From Paraphysomonas bandaiensis (taxonomy: Eukaryota; Protista; Chrysophyceae), in contig CBFFRP010000106.1 of assembly GCA_965644295.1 (NCBI GenBank), forward strand, positions 1-21,227: a stretch of 21,227 bases of DNA. Reading direction: 5' to 3'. A program made the translations under genes and the position numbers. The notes under the pieces were generated by a model, which saw only the letters and a list, made by a program, of their open reading frames with translations, did not search any database and was not told where the DNA came from. The number at the start of each line of letters is the position of its first letter. Position 1 is the stretch's first letter. This document shows, in pieces, positions 1-10,093 of this stretch.

Positions 1-1330
1 TCTGCCGCCAGTGGCGACTGGAATACACTAGTAGACAGAGTGCTCGGAGCCTCCAACTACAGTGTTGTCACAACTGACGCTACGCACATACTGGAAGAAT
101 TCTTCACCACGGGTCAATGGCACTGGAGAAGATACGATACACACCCCTCCTCACAGACCTCGGTCCCATGCTAGGAGATCTACACCACCAGCGGGACCTC
201 CATCAATACACCCTCCGACGAGATAGCATGTATGCTGCACAAACGCATCGAGACCCGCAGTATTGGACACGAATCGAAACAAGGCTCCGACACAAGCTCC
301 ATCCTCTCCGTGCCCATAACTCCTCCTAACACTTCATCTCCCTACCAGAACGTATACGCGAGACGGCATACGTATGGGACAAATCATACGCGATGGGAAG
401 AAGTCGAGCCAAAGGAAAATCACAACGGCCTCCACATAATATATACACAGACTGTGCACACCCATTAGACAACATGGTGCACATGCTTCTCAACTGCACA
501 CACCCTAACCTCACTCAAATACGTGAAGATGTTCACCAAGCACACCACAGTAAGCTCGACAAACTTCGCACACGCACGCTTCCCCATCCCTGGTTTCACA
601 CCGCCATAATCAACACCTTCAAAAGCCGCATGGAATCCGAACACCCCCTGGTTGAGAGGCCACATTACTGCCACACAACTGGCTGACGCATTCGGACGCC
701 ACATATTCAGCTCACTGCTCGAACATCAGTTCCACGCCCTCGAAAAATCCGTCACCTCTATCCTGCTCCCCCTATATAATGGAGGGCTTCGCATGCTTCG
801 AAAGAGAGGACTCAGACACCACAACGCAGACACGATACCAGTAACGCCGGTTACGACCCCAACACACTCACAGCAACGCCAGTCACAGGATACTCACCCA
901 ACACCAAAAATACTCCAACAACTCCAGGCGACATCCACCCCAAGAATTCTATCCTCTGCAAGAGTCCGAACCCGACAGAGACAAGCGCCACCACTCCGGA
1001 AACAACTCCTCCTTCCTGTAGTAGAAATCCCACCTCGACAACCAGCACCATCTCCACCACCGACTTACACTCTCATATACATCTAGTCCCAACCGCCCAC
1101 CGTATAACCCATGGCACAGGTCCGCCAGACACACTGCCCAAAGGCAACCCCCCGACTAACCTCACTACAAGGGACGGTTGCACCATCATGGTGCTCGCAG
1201 CGATGCACAAGCAGTCCCGAGACGGTTGCCGTACTAGTAGTACATAGCAAGTGCAGTTTAGTTTTAGTCTATAGATATTGTACTAGTTTCTGTACACAAC
1301 CGTTCTCATGTAATAATCAGACTTTCTTAT
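1..1330 (+). mobile_element. Degenerate 3' part of a non-LTR retrotransposon (end of RNase H region, CCHC zinc knuckle, Pro/Thr-rich tail, 3' UTR); copy A
   Basis: Frameshifted reading SAASGDWNTLVDRVLGASNY...GQWHWRR...LRRDSMY...RDPQYW...(Y)TDCAHPLDNMVHMLLNCTHPNLTQIRE...GHITATQLADAFGRHI aligns by eye with the - strand copy at 8195-9380 (AVAGEDWLEVDRLLGRQNY...GLWHWR...LRRDQRY...RAPGYW...CSDCGFRLDSLKHMCLDCTNDTITQIRE...GTITATQLEMVFGDHI). The 3' boundary is approximate. Confidence 0.75.
1171..1218 (+). ncRNA. Candidate structured RNA motif in retroelement 3' UTR, copy 1
   Basis: GGGAC-GGTTGCACCATCATGGTGCTCGCA-GCGA-TGCACAAGCA-GTCCC: closing stem GGGAC/GTCCC, GCACCA/TGGTGC hairpin, GCA-GCGA-TGC GNRA hairpin. 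Homologous to 1671-1728 and 7782-7832. Confidence 0.55.
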
Positions 1331-1670
1331 ACAGCGTTCAATTGCTCTCATATATAGCAGAACTCAACATAGTACTATACCACCCGTCAACAAAGTCGGA
1401 CTCCCACCTTTTCGTGTTGTTCTCTGGGGAGAAGTACAGGAGAGATTTTTCCGGAAAACTAACGTGAGTCACATAATATTATTATATTATAGTCAGCACA
1501 TACATCATATTGTTCTGCCCACTAATAAGTGTCTTTTGTGCTGTAGACGTCTTTGGGCCTTGAAGAATAAACAGGCATCTGGGAATGGGCCCACCTCAAG
1601 GACACCCGGGGTATTGGGCTGCCTACTGAAGTCACGCATACGGGTTAGTTCGCCTTCTTAAGGACAGAGA

Positions 1671-1728
1671 GCGAAATTGGTTGCACCTTGGTGTTTGCGG
1701 TTTGCGGAGACACACAAGCAGCTTTCGT
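1671..1728 (+). ncRNA. Candidate structured RNA motif, copy 2 (no adjacent ORF; 5'-truncated or SINE-like copy)
   Basis: GCGAAA-TTGGTTGCACCTTGGTGTTTGCGGTTTGCG-GAGA-CACACAAGCAGC-TTTCGT followed by AGCGCAGAATAGTAG. Near-identical core to the - strand copy at 7782-7832, with a TTTGCGG duplication. Confidence 0.55.
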
Positions 1729-2402
1729 AGCGCAGAATAGTAGAATATCTGAGTTAAGCACTATCTAGTTAAATAATTTTGCTATACTACTTCTGACACT
1801 TTCACGTCTATTGCTAATAATCAGGCATTCACTACTTTTACCCATGTAGGGGTATAATACTTACTTTAATAGACGTGTCGAAGAGTCTATGATGTCTACA
1901 AGTCAATTGTGGATCAGTTTGCGGCCCTATAAACTTCACTAACTTCCTAATCAAGCGCCGTACTTATAGATACATCTTATAACATCCTCTCTAAACCAAT
2001 GCACATGCTGCAGCTCAAGAATCTCCTGACGTACTGTCTCATTGTGCCCTCTTATCACCAAGAGGAGGTACATAGCAGTGAAACGAGAGACAGCCTGGAT
2101 GAAGCGGAGGGAGATTAACAGCAATCATATGTGGATTATTCCTCTGGAGAAGAAAACGACAAGAAATGAATGATAATTCAAAGACTGATGAGGAGGAGGA
2201 GATCGACTATGATGAAGCGCATCAATCTGTAGACGACGAGAAGAGTATCTACTACTAAACGTCTTGGTAATGATAACTAAACTAAAAATAAAATAAACAC
2301 GGAACTAAAAGTGTAATGGTGCTATTGCAAATGGTCTCAATCCAACATGTTTTGATATGAGTGGATCATTATTCTCGCAGTTATCAGTAAAAACGTTATT
2401 TA

Positions 2403-2975
2403 ACAACACTATTCGACGATTCTTTGGAAAGATATTTTTAAGACTATGCCATCCTCAAAGCGATTTTCACAGGAGATAAGAGCAATCGAGTTGAAGTAAT
2501 ATTAACAGGTAGCAAGAAGAATGGGAAAACGACTCTAATGAAGCACACAGACTAAATTTTTATTCTCTGCACAGACAAAATATGTGCGGTGTACTTCGAG
2601 TGTGTTGGACACCAATCCATGAATATTACACCGAAGGAGTTACTTCTGAATCGGGCTCAAGAACTTTCGCTTTTGGATGAAGTAGTAATCGAATTCTTCA
2701 GCAAAAGAAGCTTATTACTGACACTCTAAGTATAATTCTCCCTGTGGTGTTCTACGACGAAGCTGACCTTTAGTAGGCTAAGCAAAAAAATTTCACATTG
2801 TATTGGCTTAATAGAGATGCTTGTCTGGCAGTGCATGGAAGCTAGTGGCTTTGGTAATTATATAAAGGGCTTCACAGCATCCTCTGAATACCACCGGTTC
2901 AAAGAGAACCAGAATTTGAACCCTCAGAAATTCTCGGAGTTGCCATTTTATCCGCTCACCGATCCAGGTGATTCC
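2403..2975 (+). pseudogene. P-loop NTPase (AAA+/STAND-like) pseudogene fragment
   Basis: Walker A VEVILTGSKKNGKTTLMK (GxxxxGKT at 2508-2531). After stops and a frameshift, Walker B-like PVVFYDEAD at 2741-2767. Multiple in-frame stops. Not present in the supplied ORF track. Confidence 0.6.
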
Positions 2976-3404
2976 TCTCATGCCTAACCCAATATGGTAA
3001 GAACATTTCTCCGGATGATGCCTCTAGTCGTTTAGCTTGGTGGGCAAGGGCCGATTCGTGCCGGAACAAGGAAATCTGCACCACGTCCTACCCGCTTTCA
3101 TCCAGTGTGTGTATCCGCTGTGGAAGTATGAGCAGTCAACATGATCTGTCCTAGGAGATAGAGTACCCGTTGTGAAGGCCCATGCAGAACTCTTGGAGTG
3201 AACTGCATGTCGTGTATGTATCTCACAGCGTATATATATGGTATACGGTATACAGCAGGATACCATGCCATTGTAGTTATTCATACAGCGCATTCTCGAT
3301 ATATCGCGGTATGTATATCGCGATACCCTTTTATATCGCGGATTTTGGTCCAGGACACTTCATCACACATAATTCTAATGGAAAACTGAGGCCATTTTCT
3401 GTTA

Positions 3405-3528
3405 CAAGGGTAAGCATTTTTTTGGTAAGCATTCCTTACCAAAATACGCCGAAAATCAATTTCTGTTTGCCCTGGTAAGCATTTTCGGGGTAAGTTTTTG
3501 AAAATGCTTACCAAAATGCTTACCCTGG
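3405..3528. mobile_element. ~124-bp MITE-like inverted-repeat element nested in the pogo-like element
   Basis: Left CAAGGGTAAGCATTTTTTTGGTAAGCATT versus right end reverse complement CCAGGGTAAGCATTTTGGTAAGCATTTT. Internal GGTAAGCATT motif repeated in both orientations. No clear TSD. Confidence 0.6.
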
Positions 3529-4392
3529 AGAGAGAGTGGGGGGGTAAAATTTGGAATCCTTACCTGAGGATGAAATGTAATGATGCGCAAGAGTCTTTTT
3601 CTCTCATCGAAGGACGTCTGCTCATAAGAAGGATATATATATGTCTCATGATATTCAATGTCGCGTGCTGCAAGAACTTCGAATACCTGTTATTGAGAAA
3701 TTTCTTCGTTACATACCCTCAATAACAGGAGGCTCATGAGACCATTCTGGAGTCATTCCCTGAGAATGCATGGAGTTCACAAATATCAACACTTGGACAC
3801 CTGATTGAAACTTGGGCAAAAGCCGAAAAAGGCGGAGACATGTTTGGCACTGAAGAGTACACTAAGGAAAATGCACTGGGGGATATTTACCTCAAACGAA
3901 TGCGTAGTATGACTTTGGAGTGAACATCGAAGTGCAGGTAATTGAAAGCTGAATTGAAGCATTGAGTATAAGTTTACCTTCTGTTGTTAAGTTAATACTT
4001 CTCGTATAATGTCAAACTTTGATACAGAGGACGAGTATGAGAAAACTTTTAATTGGTTAAGCAGTAGGGTTTCATTATCAAGTGACATTATAAGACAAGT
4101 ACTAATAATTCAATTTACGGAAACCTTAATGCGTGTAAGAACCAGCTATCAGGTTATTTTATGCTGTATGAGCTCTCTATTGTATATGCTTAAGTTTGTA
4201 CATACCATCTGTACAACATAGGTTGAATATTGCTATGTTCTATATTGTTATTCATAATTTTCACTCTATCGTGTTCATTACTAACACTCTAATAATCACA
4301 ACATTGTTTTACTATTATAAAGATCAATTCTTTATTATAATGAGACATAATGAAGAACAAATAAGAGCAGTATCACTGCACTTCAGCAGTCA

Positions 4393-4671
4393 ATGTCTTT
4401 AGAGGACGAAGGCGATGACGATGACGAGGATGATTGTATTAACACCAATGGAAATGATAGTGCTATTACTGCTGTGCAAGCCGACAATGCTGTTTTAATG
4501 CTACTCGATTATGCTACCCAGGAGGGGCATTCAACAGCGCATATTGAGCTCCTCAGAAAAGTGCAGAATAATATTCATACAGAAAGGCACAAGAATCATT
4601 CTAAGGTACAAACTTCTCTGCATCAGTTTTTTTCAGCACGTACTAAAGGTTCTGAAGTCCATGAAATTTAA
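4393..4671 (+). pseudogene. C-terminal remnant of a pogo-like transposase (acidic stretch + PIP box)
   Basis: Acidic EDEGDDDDEDD, helical segment, then QTSLHQFF (QxxLxxFF PCNA-interacting motif, 4609-4632) near the C-terminus, as in pogo/Tigger transposases. Lies inside the TIRs. No DDE core visible. Confidence 0.65.
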
Positions 4672-5188
4672 TAATTTTATCTTATTGTTAGCTAGGAATG
4701 TAGTAAGTGTGTTAAGAAATTGAATACCATAAATTCCATAAATAATGATATATTAGTAACTTATTTCACAAATTCTTTGCATGTGCCATTCAGTACAAGG
4801 AGTACTATGCTATACAGACACGACATTGTGGATATATTGCACAGTCTTAAGCTCCTTAAACTTGTTCTCTATGACTTTGCGGAATACAGTGCTGTATTTT
4901 ACTATTAAATTGTATATCGCGATATTGCGATATATCGCGATTTCCTCTCCAGGACACTTTCCGCGATATATCGAGAATGCGCTGTAGTGTATTATTCAGT
5001 ATTCTATTCTGTATTTCACATCTGCGTGCTGGAACTGCTCTGTATGTATGCCGTGTCATCTCTCCATATGGATAAAACCATACTAAACATCGACCTTGCG
5101 CACCATCTATAGCTGTTTTGCACAGTGTATCCAGGTCTAGGGTCCGTGGTTTCCGTGGGATCACTTAACAGGCAGTGCCTTTCGTTGG

Positions 5189-6962
5189 ATGGACGACTCG
5201 AAGGGATTCGTCTGCGATGAGAAGTATCAAAACATAATTGCAGAGTTAGAGAGTCGAGGTTGGGTAAAGTTAGAAGATGGTCCCCATGTCCCTCCAAACT
5301 GTTCTCTAATTTGGAAAAATTTGTCTAAAATTAATTTCGGTCTCACTTTGGGACGATACGTAAATCATATCAGAGGAATTCACCACTTGAGTAACAAAGT
5401 GAGTACGATCATTCCCACAAATTAAGCTGTAATGTCTTACAGTCATATCTGGCATACCACTTGGATGGATCGGGTAGCGCCTACATACAACCACCAACAT
5501 GGAGTTCTTCGTACCATGACATATCAGTATTGATAGGTTGGTAGAGGAATTTTGGGTTATCTTCTGAGTGTTTCTCATTAGGCTGGTTGATGCTCGATAG
5601 GCTAGTCCAAGTAGCAAGAAGTATCTGCTCTGGGACTGGTGTTTACAGTGATAAAGATACACTACGAACGGAATTATCAATTGGTGAGAATGTTTGTGAA
5701 GTGCTGTGTCGGCAAGGGGAATGGCGTCACGTAGGTGCAGCATCGCAGTATAAAACTCTTCTTTCAATCTTGCGCAACTACAATTCTCGTGTTAGTGAAG
5801 ATAGTGCAACTTCCCAGTGCGAGGAGTTTTTGGAGAAATTAGACCTGCATCAGGAATGGCGATCGTGGGGAGGGGATCGTGGACTATGGATTATTAAACC
5901 TGTGGCACAGGCATGCGGTAGAGACATTCAGGTGTTACGCGGTATTAGGGAAATTTTACAAGCAGTGGAGACTATGGGCTTCAAGTGTGTAGTACAGAAG
6001 TACATAGAACACCCATTACTTTTACGAAATGCTCAAAAATTTGACATTCGTCAATGGGTTTTAGTAACGAGTCTGAATCCGCTGGTGGTGTATGGGTTTT
6101 CCGAGTGCTATCTACGGTTGTCCTCAAAGCCGTTTTCTCTAGAAGACAGCAGTCTGAACGTTCCTCTGGTCCATCTTTGCAACCAAAGCATACAACTCTC
6201 TGGAGAGATAGAAAGGGAATGCGTGAATGCTAGCTGCCCGACGATGATGAGCCAAGCTGAGTTCTGCGGGGCTCTTTCTGATTTGGGAAAGGGGGCCACT
6301 TTCGAAGATATTATCCTCCCTCAAATCAAGCACATTACAATTGATGCTGTTTCTTCCTGTAGGGAAGAAATGAATAGAACAAGTCGAGGTTTTGAGTGGT
6401 TAGGATTGGATTTAATGGTGACAGAGAATCTAAAAGTTATACTTCTAGAGGTTAATGTTTCTCCGGACACGACCAGCAGCACTCCAAGTAAGCAATTCTT
6501 GTTTACTGTTGATCATTTCTAATTTCAGATTGTGCCCTAGTTACGGGACGACTTGTCCGTCAGGCTACCTCGGATCTTTTTGATGTCTTGTTTTTGGAAG
6601 GGGCGGCGGACGGCCCCAGGGAGACAATGCGGTCAGTGCAAGTGGCTGCCAATACAGGACGACGGTGGCCCAGCGGAGGTATTCTTGGAGAGGGTGTCGC
6701 AAGTATTGTAACCCCTGCAGCTAAAAAATTGGATGCTGTTATGGATCCTCTGTGGGAGCTGTGGTATGTGGGGAAGGAAGAAACACAACGTGATATGAAG
6801 AGAATTTCTGCCAGCAAGATGGAAAGTGTTGGACGCTTGCGCTTAGGTAAAAATTCTATATCAGAAGATTTGGTGCGATCTTTTGGAGAAATAACAAACC
6901 GTGTACTAGATATAGTTGACGGTGTAGATAGTATAGAGTTTGATGATTATGATGAAATATAA
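5189..6962 (+). CDS. Tubulin-tyrosine ligase-like protein, TTLL3/TTLL8 (glycylase)-like; exons 5189-5398, 5443-5536, 5582-6487, 6541-6962
   Basis: ATP-grasp TTL motifs WIIKP...CGRDI, VVQKYIEHPLLL, KFDIRQWVLVTSLNPL, YLRLSSKPFSL, VHLCNQSIQ, FEWLGLDLM, LLEVNVSP. Three GT-AG introns (44, 45, 53 nt) join the ORF pieces in frame. Subfamily assignment is by motif resemblance. Confidence 0.9.
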
Positions 6963-7699
6963 TAGTGATTTCTTCTCTTTGGATTATATCCACCAAACAT
7001 ATTTGAAACTATTGTTGACGGTCGAAGAATGCCACACCAGACATAGTATGATAAAAGATGCTTGATGGATGTGAAGGTTTTCTTTATTCTCGGATATAAT
7101 ACATTAGAAGGAAAAAATGTATGTATCTTGTTTGTGGTCGAGGCCTCCAACATCCAACCCCATATCCTTAATGTCAATCGGGCTGTACGCTGTTCCTACC
7201 AGTAGGGTTCGTAATGCTTAACACTGTACACTTTTGGTACGCGTACTAAAGCCAATCTTATTACCTCTTCGTATCTTATATAGTCGTATGTTTATTAGTC
7301 ACTACCATTTCATTCACGTAATTATTTGATTATAACGGCTATGCTGTGATTTAGTATTCTTGATACTCGCAAGAAATTTCCCACGTTTTTGACGTGCATT
7401 CCTTGTTAAAACTAGCTAGTTACTAGAGTGCTAATAAATGGTTCTCTGTATTTGTATTGATATATTATATTATTGACTAGTATTGAAAATTAATATATAT
7501 TATAATATATACAGAGAGTATGTATACTATATTGTACAATATTTACACTGTCGTGCTGCTTACTAGATAATATTATATATCTATCAATTCATTATTATAA
7601 TTCGTGATCAATTATTATTAAATTCCAGCTTTCAAACAGCAATATATTGAAAGTCTTTTTATTTAGCAATAGGCGTTAAAAACTCGTTCCGATATAGTG

Positions 7700-9385
7700 G
7701 CTAGTTGAATGCTAGATCTACTAGTTAGACCTCTACCCATAACTAATCAGCACAAATTCTATTATCCTACTATTTAGCGCTACAGAAGCTGCTTGTGCGT
7801 CGCCGCAAGCACCAAGGTGCAACCACTTCCGTTCTTAATGTGGTTTGTGAGTTCGCCCTGCTCGTGTGTCTGAGGACTCACTGGCGCGTGTTGTCCGGGG
7901 GTCTCCCCTTGGGATAAGGTTCCACCTGGCTCTGAGGTACAGGGTTCTGTATTAAGGTCCTGAGTGTACCGAGCACTAGATGTGTGTACTGAGAGGTTGA
8001 TGGCGTGGTGGAATGTGGCGTTGACGTCATGCACCGTCTGGGCGTTGGGCATAGGTGGAGTTGCCGGAGACGGCGTCGCCGTTGTCTAGGGCCTGTTGGT
8101 TTCATACGGTCCGGTGCTATGGTCCTTTGTGTATGGTTGGTGGTGTTCATATGTGCGGTGGGCGGTGTTCCAGTCTCGGTTCGTCTGTGGATTCCTAGTA
8201 ATCGTAGCACCCTTGGACGTTTCCATTTCTGTCTGTGTCATTTGGACGCGGCCACGGTAGTAGCCTTGGGGGACCTTTCTGTAGGGTAACGTATCTTCTA
8301 CTTCGATCTTGGATCATTAGCTTTGCGGCAGCGAAAAGCGGTAGAAGTAATTTGATGATCGCTGATTCGATGCTGCGCAGTCCTTGGGATGTCAGTGACT
8401 CATGGATGTGATCTCCAAAAACCATTTCAAGCTGTGTAGCTGTGATGGTACCCGTCCAAAATCTCTCCACCTGTGGCACGGAAGGGTTCCAGGCCCTGCT
8501 GGAGAGTCGCTGGAGTACAGTGGTGGTCCATTGGGGTAGTTCCGGATTTCTCATTTCTTCTAGAAGCGCGTTTTTGTGGCTGTGAAATGCAGACTCCCTT
8601 ATCTGCGTTATGGTGTCATTTGTACAGTCTAGACACATGTGCTTGAGTGAGTCTAGTCTAAATCCACAGTCAGAACATGCGGCTTTAGCCATGTCGAGTC
8701 CGTGTTTGGTTTTCGCCCGGTTTCTTCCTATGCTGAAGGATTTGTCCCATGTCAGTGCTGCATTGAGTACTCGCTGGCGCAGGTGGGAACTCACTTTGTC
8801 CTTTGATGGTCCACCATCTGCTTGCGCCAGCAGTTTGCGCGGAAGTAGTGCTCCGCTGTCTTTCCAGTATCCAGGAGCCCGGTCAGGATTGTGACCGTAG
8901 CGTTGGTCTCGTCGGAGAGCTGTGTAGGCCTCCAGCGTCCGTTGATTACGGAGGGATTAGAAATCCGTGAGCAGGGGGCTAGTAGTGCGATACGGCCGTG
9001 GTTCCCCAGTTAGGCGCCAGTGCCATAAACCCTCGGTGAGTATTCTTTCAATGGCTTGGTCCACTTCTATGTGTTACAGACAGTGTAATTTTGTCGTCCG
9101 AGTAGTCGATCTACCTCAAGCCAGTCCTCTCCTGCTACTGCGTCGGCAATTTAAATTCCTTTGTCTTCATATGTCCATTCAGACTCATCAGAGGTATACG
9201 TCGTTCGGGGTGTGATCGGACCCATGCTACTGTCCTTGTACAATCGTTGTTTGCTGCAATGCTTTCGAGCAGTACACCTTCTTTGGCACGATGCCCCAGT
9301 GCCCGACGTCTGGTGGAAAGTGCTTCGTGTGTGCGTATGCAGACGGACTTACAGTCCGTGTTTCAAACAGCAAAACGCAACTATT
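7700..9385 (-). mobile_element. 5'-truncated degenerate non-LTR retrotransposon with RNase H and CCHC knuckle; copy B
   Basis: - strand translation across frameshifts gives RNase H motifs NTDCKS...VAWVRSHPERR...KGI*IADAVA (~9130-9365), then CSDCGFRLDSLKHMCLDC (CCHC) and VERFWTGTIT in ORF 8195-8794. Homologous to 1-1330. Boundaries approximate. Confidence 0.8.
7782..7832 (-). ncRNA. Candidate structured RNA motif in retroelement 3' UTR, copy 3
   Basis: - strand ACGGAAG-TGGTTGCACCTTGGTGCTTGCG-GCGA-CGCACAAGCAG-CTTCTGT followed by AGCGCTAAATAGTAG. Closing stem ACGGAAG/CTTCTGT and GCG-GCGA-CGC hairpin. Confidence 0.55.
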
Positions 9386-9612
9386 CGATTAGGGTTAGGG
9401 TTGAAGTATATAGAGGGCTGAGAGGTCCACCCCGTAATATCAACAGATTGTTTATACATATATAATATTATTATTATCTAGGATAAAGAATCAACTTCAC
9501 CACCAGTGTCCACCAAACCCTTTTTGTAGGTTCTATAATCTATTCCCACACGCTTTGGAACGGCCTCTCTTGGAAAGGTCCTAACTATATATTATCTCTA
9601 GTGCAACTGTGT

Positions 9613-9632
9613 ATACATACATACATACATAC
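9613..9632. repeat. (TACA)n microsatellite
   Basis: Short perfect TACA run of about 5 units. Confidence 0.8.
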
Positions 9633-10093
9633 ACCTTAATAATTACATTAAATTAAGATAACCGAACATGAAATACACACACTGACATCACTAATAAAAT
9701 AATTATTTTTAAAGTAATCAAACATACAAATAAAAAGCACCTATTATGCAGTATGCAGAGAAGTACTTTTTCATGCACATCCACTTTTTCTATCAGAGTT
9801 ACTAAAACCCTATTATGCATGCTAAGAAGTAAGAAAGCCAGTGAGAATACGCTACTATATATATTATGCTATATTCCTACTATATATAATATATTTTTGG
9901 AAATTAGAGTTATATTATAATACATCAAGTACTCCATGATGTTGAGTACTGCAATGATATATATATTGTATGCAAATGAAGTGAGTTAATATTACAAAGT
10001 TTGACATTATAATAATATTATAATTATTTATATAATATCCTCTCTGATGGAGCCACATCACTTCTTGCTTTATCTTCGTAAACAAGATGATAA

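Larger units (their letters stand above)
3286..4984 (+). mobile_element. Non-autonomous (internally deleted) pogo/Tigger-like Tc1-mariner DNA transposon
   Basis: Perfect 24-bp TIR CAGCGCATTCTCGATATATCGCGG (3286-3309; reverse complement at 4961-4984), TA on both flanks (3284-85, 4985-86), and subterminal ATATCGCG and CCAGGACACTT repeats at both ends. Confidence 0.9.

Noticed and set aside
2090-2260. Acidic codon-like stretch (EEEEIDYDE...) upstream of the NTPase relic
   Set aside because: Low complexity and broken by stops; cannot be tied to a gene model.
3286-3530. Repeated ATATCGCG and GGTAAGCATT motifs as a CRISPR-like array
   Set aside because: Short, irregularly spaced, in both orientations, and explained as transposon subterminal motifs in a eukaryotic context.
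5016-6817. - strand ORFs overlapping the TTLL gene
   Set aside because: Antisense shadows of a well-supported spliced gene.
9160-9195. CTGATGAGTC...GAC on the - strand resembling a hammerhead ribozyme core
   Set aside because: The required GAAA after stem II is absent (GACAAAG), no stems I/III are evident, and it lies within RNase H coding remnant.
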